Of a stretch of 64,000 bases of DNA, positions 38,341-47,059 are shown piece by piece (the stretch's first letter is position 1; each line of letters opens with the position of its first letter). The notes under the pieces were generated by a model. The model made no database searches. It was not told the DNA's origin and saw nothing but the letters and a program-made list of their open reading frames with translations. The stretch comes from Alphaproteobacteria bacterium (GTDB taxonomy: Bacteria > Pseudomonadota > Alphaproteobacteria > Caedimonadales > UBA9215): assembly GCA_024281375.1 (NCBI GenBank), contig JAJSAD010000096.1:32867-96866 (forward strand), read 5' to 3'. The position numbers were made by a program, and so were the translations under genes.

Positions 38341-39420
38341 CTAGGCAATTTTAGTGCCTTTTTTAAAGTTATTTTGAGAAATAGATCCTAACATTTTCCA
38401 TAATTGCATAGGACTTATGCCATCTCCGGCACGCTGAGTTGTCAAATTATCTAGACTATATAGATCACCTTCTTTAATGTCTTGACGTGCTATAATAGTC
38501 TTACGCACAAGACGTACAGTTTTCTCTTCTGCTCGTGTGCGGAATTTAATAGGAGAGCCTAAAGCTTCTTCTGTTTGGCGGATGGATGTGATCATTTTTT
38601 TTAATTCTTCAGGTGAAAGGGAAGCTTTATGATCTGGACCAGGAAGATTTTTATCTATAGTGAAGTGCTTTTCAATAATGCGGGCTCCACGGGCAACAGC
38701 AGCAATAGAAACAACCTCTCCTTGTGTGTGATCTGAGTAACCGACACGAACATTAAAGGCTTGTGCAAGGGTATCCATGGCGCGTAGGTTGACATGTTTG
38801 AAGGCAGCAGGATAGTCGCTTGTGCAGTGAAGAACAGATACTTTTTCTGAAATGATATCTTGTGCGTCTTGGTTGGCCCAGTTTTGTTGAATTGTTTCAT
38901 TGGTTGGGATGGCGTCGGGGTTCAGGTATCCAAATGCTAGAACCATTAAAGCTTGCTCTACCTCGCCGAGGGTTGCCATACCTGTTGATAAAATAACTTT
39001 TGAGCCTGTTTTTGAGACGTCAAATAGAAGGGGAGCATTGGTGATTTCACCAGAAGGTATTTTGAAAAAATCCATTTCCAAGGAAGATAGAAAAGGAACG
39101 TCATTATGGTCAAAAACACTGGACATAAAGCCGATATTTTTTTCCTTACAACGGGTCAAAAGAGGGGCATAAAAATCTAAGGGGAGCTCTAAACGTTTCA
39201 ACATAGCGTGTTGAGACTCAGCCGACCCACAATTGTTTTTTTGATAATCAGCCTTATCAACGTTGCTTGACGCAAGCTTGTCCGCTGAAAATGTTTGAAA
39301 TTTTACAACATTAGCCCCAGCTTCGGCGGCAATATCAATGAGCTCTAAGCCTAAGTCTAGAGATCCATTATGATTCACGCCAGCTTCAGCAATAATAAGA
39401 GTGTGATCTTTAACAGGCAT
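38341..39420 (-). CDS. neuB: N-acetylneuraminate/legionaminic acid synthase (NeuB/LegI family)
   Basis: IIAEAGVNHNGSLDLGLELIDIAAEAGANVVKFQTF and a C-terminal SAF-type domain. 359 aa. Confidence 0.9.
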   Translation of the reverse strand: MPVKDHTLIIAEAGVNHNGSLDLGLELIDIAAEAGANVVKFQTFSADKLASSNVDKADYQKNNCGSAESQHAMLKRLELPLDFYAPLLTRCKEKNIGFMSSVFDHNDVPFLSSLEMDFFKIPSGEITNAPLLFDVSKTGSKVILSTGMATLGEVEQALMVLAFGYLNPDAIPTNETIQQNWANQDAQDIISEKVSVLHCTSDYPAAFKHVNLRAMDTLAQAFNVRVGYSDHTQGEVVSIAAVARGARIIEKHFTIDKNLPGPDHKASLSPEELKKMITSIRQTEEALGSPIKFRTRAEEKTVRLVRKTIIARQDIKEGDLYSLDNLTTQRAGDGISPMQLWKMLGSISQNNFKKGTKIA

Positions 39421-40561
39421 ATTTCAACTCCACGAATTTCTTTTTGAGGGGAAGTTTCTGTTTGAAAATAGTCTCTAGGGTCTGTGCAATTTTTGTTGAT
39501 GCATTTCCGCTACCATAGGGGCAAGTAATATCAGATCGGTCAAAATTGAAGGCCACCTCTAGAGCATGCTCAATAGAAGTATTATCTGTGCCGCAGTTAA
39601 TAACACTATTCCCCTGAGGGCGCCCTTCTTGGCGGTCTCCAATATTTATGGAAGGAATTTTAAAATAAGGTGCTTCCATTAAAGCGCTGGAGGAATTTCC
39701 CATCACCACATCTACCTTGTTTAGCAAACTAAAGTATTTATGCGTCCCCAAGGAATCAAAAATCCAAGTGTTTTTTTCGGAGCTAACAAAATCATCCAGT
39801 AAATGGTTGAAATCTTGATTGCCACTATCTACATTGGGCCGTGTTATAAAGATATTTGTTTCTTTAAGAGAAGATAAAACATCTAAAGAATTGCGGAGGC
39901 CCTGTGTACCTAAGTCTTCTTCGAAAGTGACGGGGTGAAATGTAAATAGTATGTTTTTCTTATTAAAATTAATGCCCAGTGTCGACTCTAATTCGTTAGA
40001 ACTCAATAGGTTGAATTCTTTTAGGTTGTCTAAGGCTGTGTGGCCTGTGTTGAAAACAGTACTTGAGGATTCACCAAGTTGTCTAACGCGGTCATATGAC
40101 TCTTTATTTGTCACAAAATGAATGGTTGAAAGCTTTGTTATGGCATGGCGAATTGATTCATCAATAGCGCCAAAGGTTAAATCACCACCACACATATGGG
40201 CAATAGGGATACCTAAAAGATAAGCAGGTGTTACAATCCCCATTAATTCAAACCGATCTCCTAAAATGAGGAGGAGGTCAGGCCTGCTTTCATTAAAGAA
40301 TTTTGAAAATTTTTCAGTGGCAGTAGCAATTGATAGGGCATGTGAAAGTTTTGAATCATCGTCATGGAAAATTTCAATGACTTTAGCAATGGAGACTTTG
40401 TCAGTCTCTATTTCTGATATTGATTGGTGGGTACTGTTTATATGGGAACCTGTTACGACTAAATTAAGCTCGAAGTATTTTGAGGCTTCAACCTTTCGAA
40501 TAACAGGCCTTAGTAAGCCATAATCAGCTCGTGATGTTGTAACAATACAGATTTTTTTCAT
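39410..40561 (-). CDS. neuC: hydrolysing UDP/GDP-N-acetylhexosamine 2-epimerase (NeuC/LegG family)
   Basis: MKKICIVTTSRADYGLLRPVI and HMCGGD. 383 aa. Confidence 0.9.
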   Translation of the reverse strand: MKKICIVTTSRADYGLLRPVIRKVEASKYFELNLVVTGSHINSTHQSISEIETDKVSIAKVIEIFHDDDSKLSHALSIATATEKFSKFFNESRPDLLLILGDRFELMGIVTPAYLLGIPIAHMCGGDLTFGAIDESIRHAITKLSTIHFVTNKESYDRVRQLGESSSTVFNTGHTALDNLKEFNLLSSNELESTLGINFNKKNILFTFHPVTFEEDLGTQGLRNSLDVLSSLKETNIFITRPNVDSGNQDFNHLLDDFVSSEKNTWIFDSLGTHKYFSLLNKVDVVMGNSSSALMEAPYFKIPSINIGDRQEGRPQGNSVINCGTDNTSIEHALEVAFNFDRSDITCPYGSGNASTKIAQTLETIFKQKLPLKKKFVELKYAC

Positions 40562-41730
40562 GTATGTGTGACCTCAAAAAAATCAAGGAGGGCAGTCCTG
40601 ATACGCATCATCTCATCATCACTGAGCCCTGTAGAGCTTGGTAGGATAATGACTCTTTCATAGAGAGAATCAATATAGGTTTGGGCCGTTTGTAAAGCTT
40701 TTTCATAAGGGGGGTTTTTATGAAGTGGTTTCCAGAAATGGCGTGCTTGTATGTTGTTTTTTTCTAGGTACTGTATTAATTTGTTGACTTGGTCTGCATT
40801 GGGCAGGACAAGGCCAGAAAGCCAGCAATTTTTTTCAGATTGAGGAGGAACGGGAAAAGTATCAACATTGCTTAGCCGCTTTACAAGCTGACCATAGAAA
40901 GTTGCGATCTTCTTTTTCTTATCAACGAAATCAGATAGCTTTTCAAGTTGTGCAAGGCCGACGGCTGCTTCAAGATTGGTGATTCTGTAATTATAGGCAA
41001 CTTTATCGTGTGTATAATCGGTTCCTAAACGAGCGGTTGAGCTCAAGTGGCGAATATTTTGAGCAAGTTTTTGATCATTAGTTAGAACGCAACCACCACC
41101 ACCTGAAGTGATAATCTTGTTACCATTAAAAGATAAAATTGAAGCATCGACTGGAAGTTGTCCAATCTCCTGCTCACCCACCTTAGATCCAAGAGCCCCA
41201 GCGGCGTCTAATAGAATAGGCAAGTTGTAGGAATCTGCAATTTTTCTGAGGTTTTTAAGGCAATAAGGAATGCCTAAGGCGAACACGGGTAATATTGCTG
41301 CAATTCTTTTTCCTAAAATTTTGTGAATCAAAGAGCCATTTGAACAGGTGGTTTCGGCCTCTAAAGTCTTTTTTAATAAATTTTCATCTAACCCCCATAT
41401 TTCCGGGGAAACATCAAACAACCATGGCTCGGCGCCGCAATAACTAATAGCATTAGCCGTTGCAATAAAGGTAAAAGACGGTGTGATAACAATATCACCG
41501 GGTGACACCCCCAAGGCTCTTAATGTGACATGTAAAGCAGATGTGCCACTGCAAGTAGAAACAGCATGGGAAGCTTGTGTAGCTTTAGAGATCAGCTCTT
41601 CAAAGCGTGCCACAAAAGGTCCGATAGACGATACAAAGTTAGTTTGAATGCATTCCTCCAGGTACTTTGATTCATTTCCCTGAAGGAAAGGAACGCTAAG
41701 GGGAATTGTATTTTCTCTATTAGCAGACAT
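40558..41730 (-). CDS. DegT/DnrJ/EryC1-type PLP sugar aminotransferase (LegC/PglE-like)
   Basis: PLSVPFLQGNESKYLEECI, SGTSALHV and SFNGNKIITSGGGG (PLP Lys). The ATG at 41730 is preferred over 41781. Confidence 0.85.
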   Translation of the reverse strand: MSANRENTIPLSVPFLQGNESKYLEECIQTNFVSSIGPFVARFEELISKATQASHAVSTCSGTSALHVTLRALGVSPGDIVITPSFTFIATANAISYCGAEPWLFDVSPEIWGLDENLLKKTLEAETTCSNGSLIHKILGKRIAAILPVFALGIPYCLKNLRKIADSYNLPILLDAAGALGSKVGEQEIGQLPVDASILSFNGNKIITSGGGGCVLTNDQKLAQNIRHLSSTARLGTDYTHDKVAYNYRITNLEAAVGLAQLEKLSDFVDKKKKIATFYGQLVKRLSNVDTFPVPPQSEKNCWLSGLVLPNADQVNKLIQYLEKNNIQARHFWKPLHKNPPYEKALQTAQTYIDSLYERVIILPSSTGLSDDEMMRIRTALLDFFEVTHT

Positions 41731-42718
41731 AGGAATCAATAGAATATTTTTCCAAGTTTTGAGGGTCTGTAAACCACTCAATTGTTTTCTTTAGGCCATT
41801 TTTAAATCCTTCTGTGCCTGCAAATTCTGCTTGCCAATTCAAAAGTTTTCTTGCTTTGTTCGGGTCGCAAAATAGACGTTCAACCTCACTTTTTTCGGGG
41901 CGAATGCGTTGGTTTTCTTGGAGAATATCAATATCAACACTCATGATCTCAGAAATCAATTTCACTGTATCACCAATGGAAATTTCAAAGCCACTGCCCA
42001 GGTTAATTACTTCCCCTATGGATTCTGGAGACTCTAGGATTTTCAAAATCCCCCTAGTTGTATCCTTAACAAAATTGAAGTCCCTTGTGGGGGTGAGAGA
42101 GCCTAATTTAATTGAACGCTCTCCCTTAGATATTTGGCTAATAATTGTTGGAATGACGGCACGATTAGATTGCCGTGGCCCATAGGTATTAAAAGGTCTA
42201 GCAATAGAAATAGGTAAGTCAAAAGATCTATGGTAAGAGAGGGCTAATTGATCTGCAGCAATTTTCGTAGCAGCATAAGGCGATTGCGCATTTAAGGGGT
42301 GCTGTTCATCTATAGGAACATATTGTGCTGTGCCATAAACTTCGCTGGTGGAGGTGTGTATAATTTTCTCTGTTCCTAAAATACGAGCATTTTCCAGGAG
42401 GTTGAGAGTGCCCTTTATGTTTGTATCGACATAGGATTCTGGCGCTGAATAAGAGTATGGGATTGCTATTAAAGCGGCTAAGTTAATTACAGCATCACAC
42501 CCACGCATTGCCTCTATTAGCGCGCTTCTGTCACGAATATCTCCGTTAATAACTTCAATATTTTTCAAGACATCTGATCTTATAGAGTCTAACCACCCTC
42601 TGTAGCCAAAAGAGTTATAGAGAAACATTGCACGGACATCGTACCCTTCATTGCACAGTAACTCACAGAGGTGTGATCCAATAAAACCCTCGGAGCCAGT
42701 TATCAATATTTTTTTCAT
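41720..42718 (-). CDS. NAD-dependent nucleotide-sugar 4,6-dehydratase (LegB-like, extended SDR)
   Basis: KILITGSEGFIGSHL, SPYAATK catalytic YxxxK, STSEVYG. Confidence 0.85.
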   Translation of the reverse strand: MKKILITGSEGFIGSHLCELLCNEGYDVRAMFLYNSFGYRGWLDSIRSDVLKNIEVINGDIRDRSALIEAMRGCDAVINLAALIAIPYSYSAPESYVDTNIKGTLNLLENARILGTEKIIHTSTSEVYGTAQYVPIDEQHPLNAQSPYAATKIAADQLALSYHRSFDLPISIARPFNTYGPRQSNRAVIPTIISQISKGERSIKLGSLTPTRDFNFVKDTTRGILKILESPESIGEVINLGSGFEISIGDTVKLISEIMSVDIDILQENQRIRPEKSEVERLFCDPNKARKLLNWQAEFAGTEGFKNGLKKTIEWFTDPQNLEKYSIDSYVC

Positions 42719-44466
42719 ATCTTACTCACTTTGGTATTTTTATCACCAATACTTTCTAAACACCCATCTTTCAGTTCAATAATTTTATTGCACCTTGAAA
42801 GGGTGCTGAGGCGGTGGGCGATCATGATGACGGTGTAGTCTTTTGAAATTTCATTGATGGTCTTCATAAGTCTTGATTCTGTTTCTGTATCAAGCGCCGA
42901 TGTTGCCTCATCAAAGATCAGGACTTCTGGTTGACGATAGAGGGCTCTGGCAATGGCGATGCGTTGACGTTCTCCACCAGAGAGGCGTACTCCACGTTCC
43001 CCGACCAGGGTTTTAGTTCCGTCATCAAGGCTTGAAATAAGCTTGTCTAGTTGGGCTGCGTTGATGGCTTTGGTAAGACGCTCTTGATCAATGGTGTCTT
43101 CGCCAAAAGCAATGTTGGCTTCGATAGTATCGTCAATGAGATAAATAGATTGGGGAACATACCCAATCTTTTGATGCCACTGTTTCGAGGCAACAGTAAA
43201 TTTATGATCGATTAAAATTTCACCTTGAGTTGGTTTTAGCAATCCCAATATCAAGTCCACGAGGGTTGACTTACCCGATCCTGTTTCGCCAACAATACCC
43301 ACGCAGTCACCTTTTTGAACTTCAAAGGAAATGCCTTTCAAAGCTGTTTGGCTTTCTTGAGAGTAAGTAAAGGAAACTGATTTTAAAAGAAGGCTTTGTT
43401 TGAATGAAAAATTCGGAACGTCTAAGATTTCTTTTCCTTGTGTCTGTGTGAAAAAATCATTGTGAATACGATTAATAAAGGGGATAACAGATTTGAGAAT
43501 ACTCAGCTGGCTGATAATGCGATTTAAACCAGGCATCACTCGAAAGCCTAAGTATAAATACCCCCCCATAACTCCCATCATTTCTTGGGGTTGATTATGT
43601 TGTAAGCTCATATAGGCAATGGCAAAGACAAAAATTCCAACAAATAAAACCTCAATTACCATACGGGGTAAACTATTAACTGTTTTATGGATGGCTTGAA
43701 CCTTCCCATTGGCTTGCGCATATGTATAGTATGAATTAATAAATGGTTCCTGTTTGCCGAATAGAATGATTTCTTTAAAGCCATGAAAGAATTGCATCAA
43801 TTTTTCTATTCCAAGCACCTGTGACTTTTGTAATTTTTCTCCCCACTGATAAAATGCGGGTAAAAGAAACTTATAAATTATAAGGGCAAAAATTAATGAG
43901 ATAGCAAAAAGGTATCCTGCAAGAAAGGGGGACATATAAACGATCATTCCAATAAGAAGAAAAAAGACCATGGATTCAGAAAGAATTATTGCAAGCGATA
44001 AAACCCCCCCTGTAAACATTTGATCTGTTTCTGCTCCGGTAATTGAAATGCTGTGGGAAGAATTACGCGTCAGTTGTAAGGCGTAATCCATCTGAGTATA
44101 TTTATGGAGAAGCCTTTTTTTAAATTGATAATTCATACGTTGTACTGTGAAATTCTGGAAGAGGACTTCTGCTGCGGCAAAAATATTTTTAACGAGATAG
44201 ATGACACCAACGCTAATGGCGATATAAAAGATAATGCGCCCCGAAGATACATCCCCCTCAACTCCAAGGTACTTGAGGTACTTCAGCGAGCTTTGAGGGT
44301 CTGTCATAGAGCTCGCGAAAACAACGATTACCGAGGCTGTGATAACTTCTAAAACAGAAGCCACAACGGCAAAGCCCATGATACTTGCCCACTCCCACTT
44401 TTCCTGCCTGGAAAGGAGGGATCGGATCTTTTGAACAGCTGAAAAGATGGAGGGTGTTTTAGACAT
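42715..44466 (-). CDS. ABC exporter, fused permease/ATPase (MsbA-like)
   Basis: Six-helix N-terminal half, then GETGSGKST, LSGGERQRIAIARA and LIFDEATSALD. First gene of the glycan operon. Confidence 0.9.
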   Translation of the reverse strand: MSKTPSIFSAVQKIRSLLSRQEKWEWASIMGFAVVASVLEVITASVIVVFASSMTDPQSSLKYLKYLGVEGDVSSGRIIFYIAISVGVIYLVKNIFAAAEVLFQNFTVQRMNYQFKKRLLHKYTQMDYALQLTRNSSHSISITGAETDQMFTGGVLSLAIILSESMVFFLLIGMIVYMSPFLAGYLFAISLIFALIIYKFLLPAFYQWGEKLQKSQVLGIEKLMQFFHGFKEIILFGKQEPFINSYYTYAQANGKVQAIHKTVNSLPRMVIEVLFVGIFVFAIAYMSLQHNQPQEMMGVMGGYLYLGFRVMPGLNRIISQLSILKSVIPFINRIHNDFFTQTQGKEILDVPNFSFKQSLLLKSVSFTYSQESQTALKGISFEVQKGDCVGIVGETGSGKSTLVDLILGLLKPTQGEILIDHKFTVASKQWHQKIGYVPQSIYLIDDTIEANIAFGEDTIDQERLTKAINAAQLDKLISSLDDGTKTLVGERGVRLSGGERQRIAIARALYRQPEVLIFDEATSALDTETESRLMKTINEISKDYTVIMIAHRLSTLSRCNKIIELKDGCLESIGDKNTKVSKI

Positions 44467-44728
44467 TAAGTGTGTTTTATACCTATTAAAATAGTAGACT
44501 TATTCTATTTTGGATCGTGGCTTTGGAAACAAGGGCCGAGTGAGCTGATTGTATGTTGTATACATGACACTCACGAGGTCTCGCTGCTTTCAAAGATCAC
44601 GGTTCAAAAGAAGATGAGTCTAAACGGCTACCGCACTGGTGGGTGATAACCCAACAGCGCATTTTTGTGAAATTTACGGATAATCTAGCAAAAACTGCCT
44701 CGTTTATCCAATTAATTAATAACGCTTT

Positions 44729-45316
44729 TTAGCGTTTAATATGCAGCACTCCAAGGGCAAAAACCCTCTCGGCTGCAAGTGCCTTTATGGCACGGTCGTA
44801 AACTGTTTGCGGGTCGTGAAGATCCGCAATAAAGACCGCATCGTACCCTTTCAAATCACTGTCAACTGACACAAGGTGTAGATCAAAGATATAGGCTTGG
44901 GCCACCAGTTGAATGATCTCAGCAAGGTCTCCCGTGCCCACAATAGCGATTGTTTGATAGCCCCGTTGTTGCGCTTCTGTGAAAAAGACATCCGCTTGGG
45001 CGCGAGCTTCTCGAAAAAGGGAGAGGGAGTGGCTCATGTAATCCTTCACCATACGCGTTTTCTCGATCATGCCCTGGGGCGTTACAAAATAGGCATAGCG
45101 TTTTGGGGAAATATTTTTGACTCGGATCCAGCCTTTTTCAACGGAACGCTTAAGGTAGGTGTTCACTAATCCAAAAGCAATGCCTACTTGTGTGGATAGA
45201 GCGCGCTGAGAAACCTGCGGGTTTTCATCCACATGCTCTAGGAGGCGTACCATGACCTCGTTTTCTACGTGCGCCCGAGAGCGTTCAAAAGCAGACAAAT
45301 TAATATCCAATTTCAT
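44729..45316 (-). CDS. winged-helix (MarR/EPS-associated type) transcriptional regulator with C-terminal Rossmann-like domain
   Basis: ENEVMVRLLEHVDENPQVSQRALSTQVGIAFGLVNTYLKRSVEKGWI (wHTH) and TIAIVGTGDLAEI. Sits directly upstream of the glycan operon. Confidence 0.7.
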   Translation of the reverse strand: MKLDINLSAFERSRAHVENEVMVRLLEHVDENPQVSQRALSTQVGIAFGLVNTYLKRSVEKGWIRVKNISPKRYAYFVTPQGMIEKTRMVKDYMSHSLSLFREARAQADVFFTEAQQRGYQTIAIVGTGDLAEIIQLVAQAYIFDLHLVSVDSDLKGYDAVFIADLHDPQTVYDRAIKALAAERVFALGVLHIKR

Positions 45317-45318
45317 TA

Positions 45319-45360
45319 ATGATCATGCTGCGATCATAGGCATCTTGATTTGAAAGTCAA
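45319..45360 (-). promoter_or_regulatory. promoter-operator module, copy B
   Basis: Minus strand: TTGACT (45355-45360), 16 nt, TATGAT (45333-45338). Inverted repeat ATGATC-N7-GATCAT at 45319-45337. Confidence 0.6.
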
Positions 45361-45451
45361 GATTTTTTTAAAAGGTAAGTAATATGATCTGTGAAAAGAA
45401 ATTATTGAAATGTTTATAAGGCGCGCAGATACGTTGCCGGTGAACGGGCTT

Positions 45452-45868
45452 CTAACCCCGAGCTAGTGCCACAAGGGCATCCGTTTGGTGAGGGATTTTT
45501 GCGACGATATCATTAACCACGAGCTTGCGCCAAATCCAGCTGAGAGGGCCGGTTATAGTCATGGTTATCACCAAACACAGGCCATCACTTTCCGCAACAA
45601 TTTTATGGGATCCATACATGGTGGCACCAGGGAACTTTGTGCAGTCTGTGAAGGACGTCCCCACGGTGACTTCGACCAGTGTGAGTTGTGCTTTCGGGCC
45701 TTTTTTTGGGGTGAGAGTAAAGGCTTGTCCTTGTTCAAAGGGCCCATCGAGTTCACAAGAAGCAAGCATAGGATTCCAGCGCGGCCAGTTATTGATGTCC
45801 GTCCACAGGCGCCAGATAGCGTCTTTTTTCACCCCTTGATAAGTCTTTGAGTACGTCTTTTCCCACAT
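45452..45868 (-). CDS. SRPBCC-superfamily (START/polyketide-cyclase-like) protein
   Basis: 138 aa. N-terminus KDAIWRLWTDINNWPRWNP is typical of SRPBCC ligand-binding proteins. A GGGGAGGA SD lies upstream. Confidence 0.65.
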   Translation of the reverse strand: MWEKTYSKTYQGVKKDAIWRLWTDINNWPRWNPMLASCELDGPFEQGQAFTLTPKKGPKAQLTLVEVTVGTSFTDCTKFPGATMYGSHKIVAESDGLCLVITMTITGPLSWIWRKLVVNDIVAKIPHQTDALVALARG

Positions 45869-45911
45869 AGCAGTTCCTCCCCAGAGCAGACAATATCAAC
45901 TCATTCCATTA

Positions 45912-45953
45912 ATGATCCTGATGCGATCATAAGCATGTGCTAGGCGAAGTCAA
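45912..45953 (-). promoter_or_regulatory. promoter-operator module, copy C
   Basis: Minus strand: TTGACT (45948-45953), 16 nt, TATGAT (45926-45931). Inverted repeat ATGATC-N7-GATCAT at 45912-45930. Confidence 0.6.
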
Positions 45954-46000
45954 GATTTTTTAAGAGGTGTGCACGTTCAGGTATTGGCGGCTTTCATGGC

Positions 46001-46495
46001 CTAATTTTTCAATAATATATCTAGCGCTGACATAGGAAGAACGAGCTTTGTAGGTGTGGAATGGAGCCGTTTAAAGCCAAAACCCTCATAAAAAGAGGCT
46101 GCTTTTTGGTTTTTCGCCTCTACGATCATTCCATAAATGCCAATGTTTTTTGCCATCTCCGATGTCTTCACAAAGGCATCAAAGATCAATGTGTCCCCGT
46201 ACCCTTTTCCTTGATAGTTTTTATCAACGGCCAGGCGACCCAGTAAAAGGAAGGGAAGATCATCATACCCACTAATTTTAATATCTTCCGGAAGATAGTC
46301 CCGTAAGACGGAATGAGCGCTCAAGGAATAATATCCTATAATAAGGTTGCTATCAGCAACCAACACATAAACCCGTGTCAATGAGCGTTTTTGGTCTTGA
46401 TTTGCATATTTAGATAGGTATGTATTCAAAGGTTCCACACCACAATCAAAGTTTTTACGGTCATGTTTTTTGGGATCAAGGGGTTCAAACTTCAT
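46001..46495 (-). CDS. GNAT-family toxin (TacT/KacT-like) of a type II TA pair
   Basis: FDCGVEPLNTYLSKYANQDQKR, LLLGRLAVDKNYQGKGYG. Its start lies 1 nt after the upstream DUF1778 gene stop. Confidence 0.8.
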   Translation of the reverse strand: MKFEPLDPKKHDRKNFDCGVEPLNTYLSKYANQDQKRSLTRVYVLVADSNLIIGYYSLSAHSVLRDYLPEDIKISGYDDLPFLLLGRLAVDKNYQGKGYGDTLIFDAFVKTSEMAKNIGIYGMIVEAKNQKAASFYEGFGFKRLHSTPTKLVLPMSALDILLKN

Positions 46496-46496
46496 T

Positions 46497-46775
46497 TTAT
46501 TTGGTAAGGTCCTTATGTTTTTGAAATGCCTTCTTCATGCGAAGCGTTGGCGCATTAGGCTTGTCGATCATACTGAAGAACCTATACCAATCATCCTTTG
46601 AAAAAATTGTTTTTTCATGTTGGGCTATGACAGCTGTCGCTTTTTCACGAATGCTTTGCCGAATGAACTTACTTTTATCAATCCCAATATAATTCTGAGC
46701 ACGCGCCATTAGCTCTTCTGTAGGAATATCAATCCGAAATTTTATAGCGTGGTTCTTATTTTCGATCTCTCTCAT
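46497..46775 (-). CDS. DUF1778 (TacA-like RHH) antitoxin
   Basis: 92 aa. IKFRIDIPTEELMARAQNYIGIDKSKFIRQSI, with tail PNAPTLRMKKAF typical of DUF1778. Confidence 0.75.
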   Translation of the reverse strand: MREIENKNHAIKFRIDIPTEELMARAQNYIGIDKSKFIRQSIREKATAVIAQHEKTIFSKDDWYRFFSMIDKPNAPTLRMKKAFQKHKDLTK

Positions 46776-47059
46776 ATCATTAACTCATCTCTCGTTTATA
46801 TTTTTATTGTACCCACAAATGTACCCACTGTCAATAGTTTTTTTGAGGGAAAAAATACATAGAGGAGGAATGAAAACATTTTTTTAGTAAGAGTATTTTC
46901 TTTCCCTATTGACGCTTCCTGTGATGCTTTGCCATTTTTCTTCTTCCTGAAAACAAAAAAATGTAAAATTCCAAAGGTCCAAAAAAGTTTTTCAAAAACT
47001 TGATAGGCGCGTTTACATGTTGCCTTCAGAACAGTGAAATTGCTCCGTCGCAAGCAGCG

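Noticed and set aside
44513-44603. Imperfect long palindrome between the regulator and the ABC exporter gene (centre TGTATACA)
   Set aside because: Only short arm segments (GTGAG/CTCAC, part of CTTTGGAAAC/CTTTCAAAG) actually pair. That is too degenerate to call an operator or element from sequence alone.
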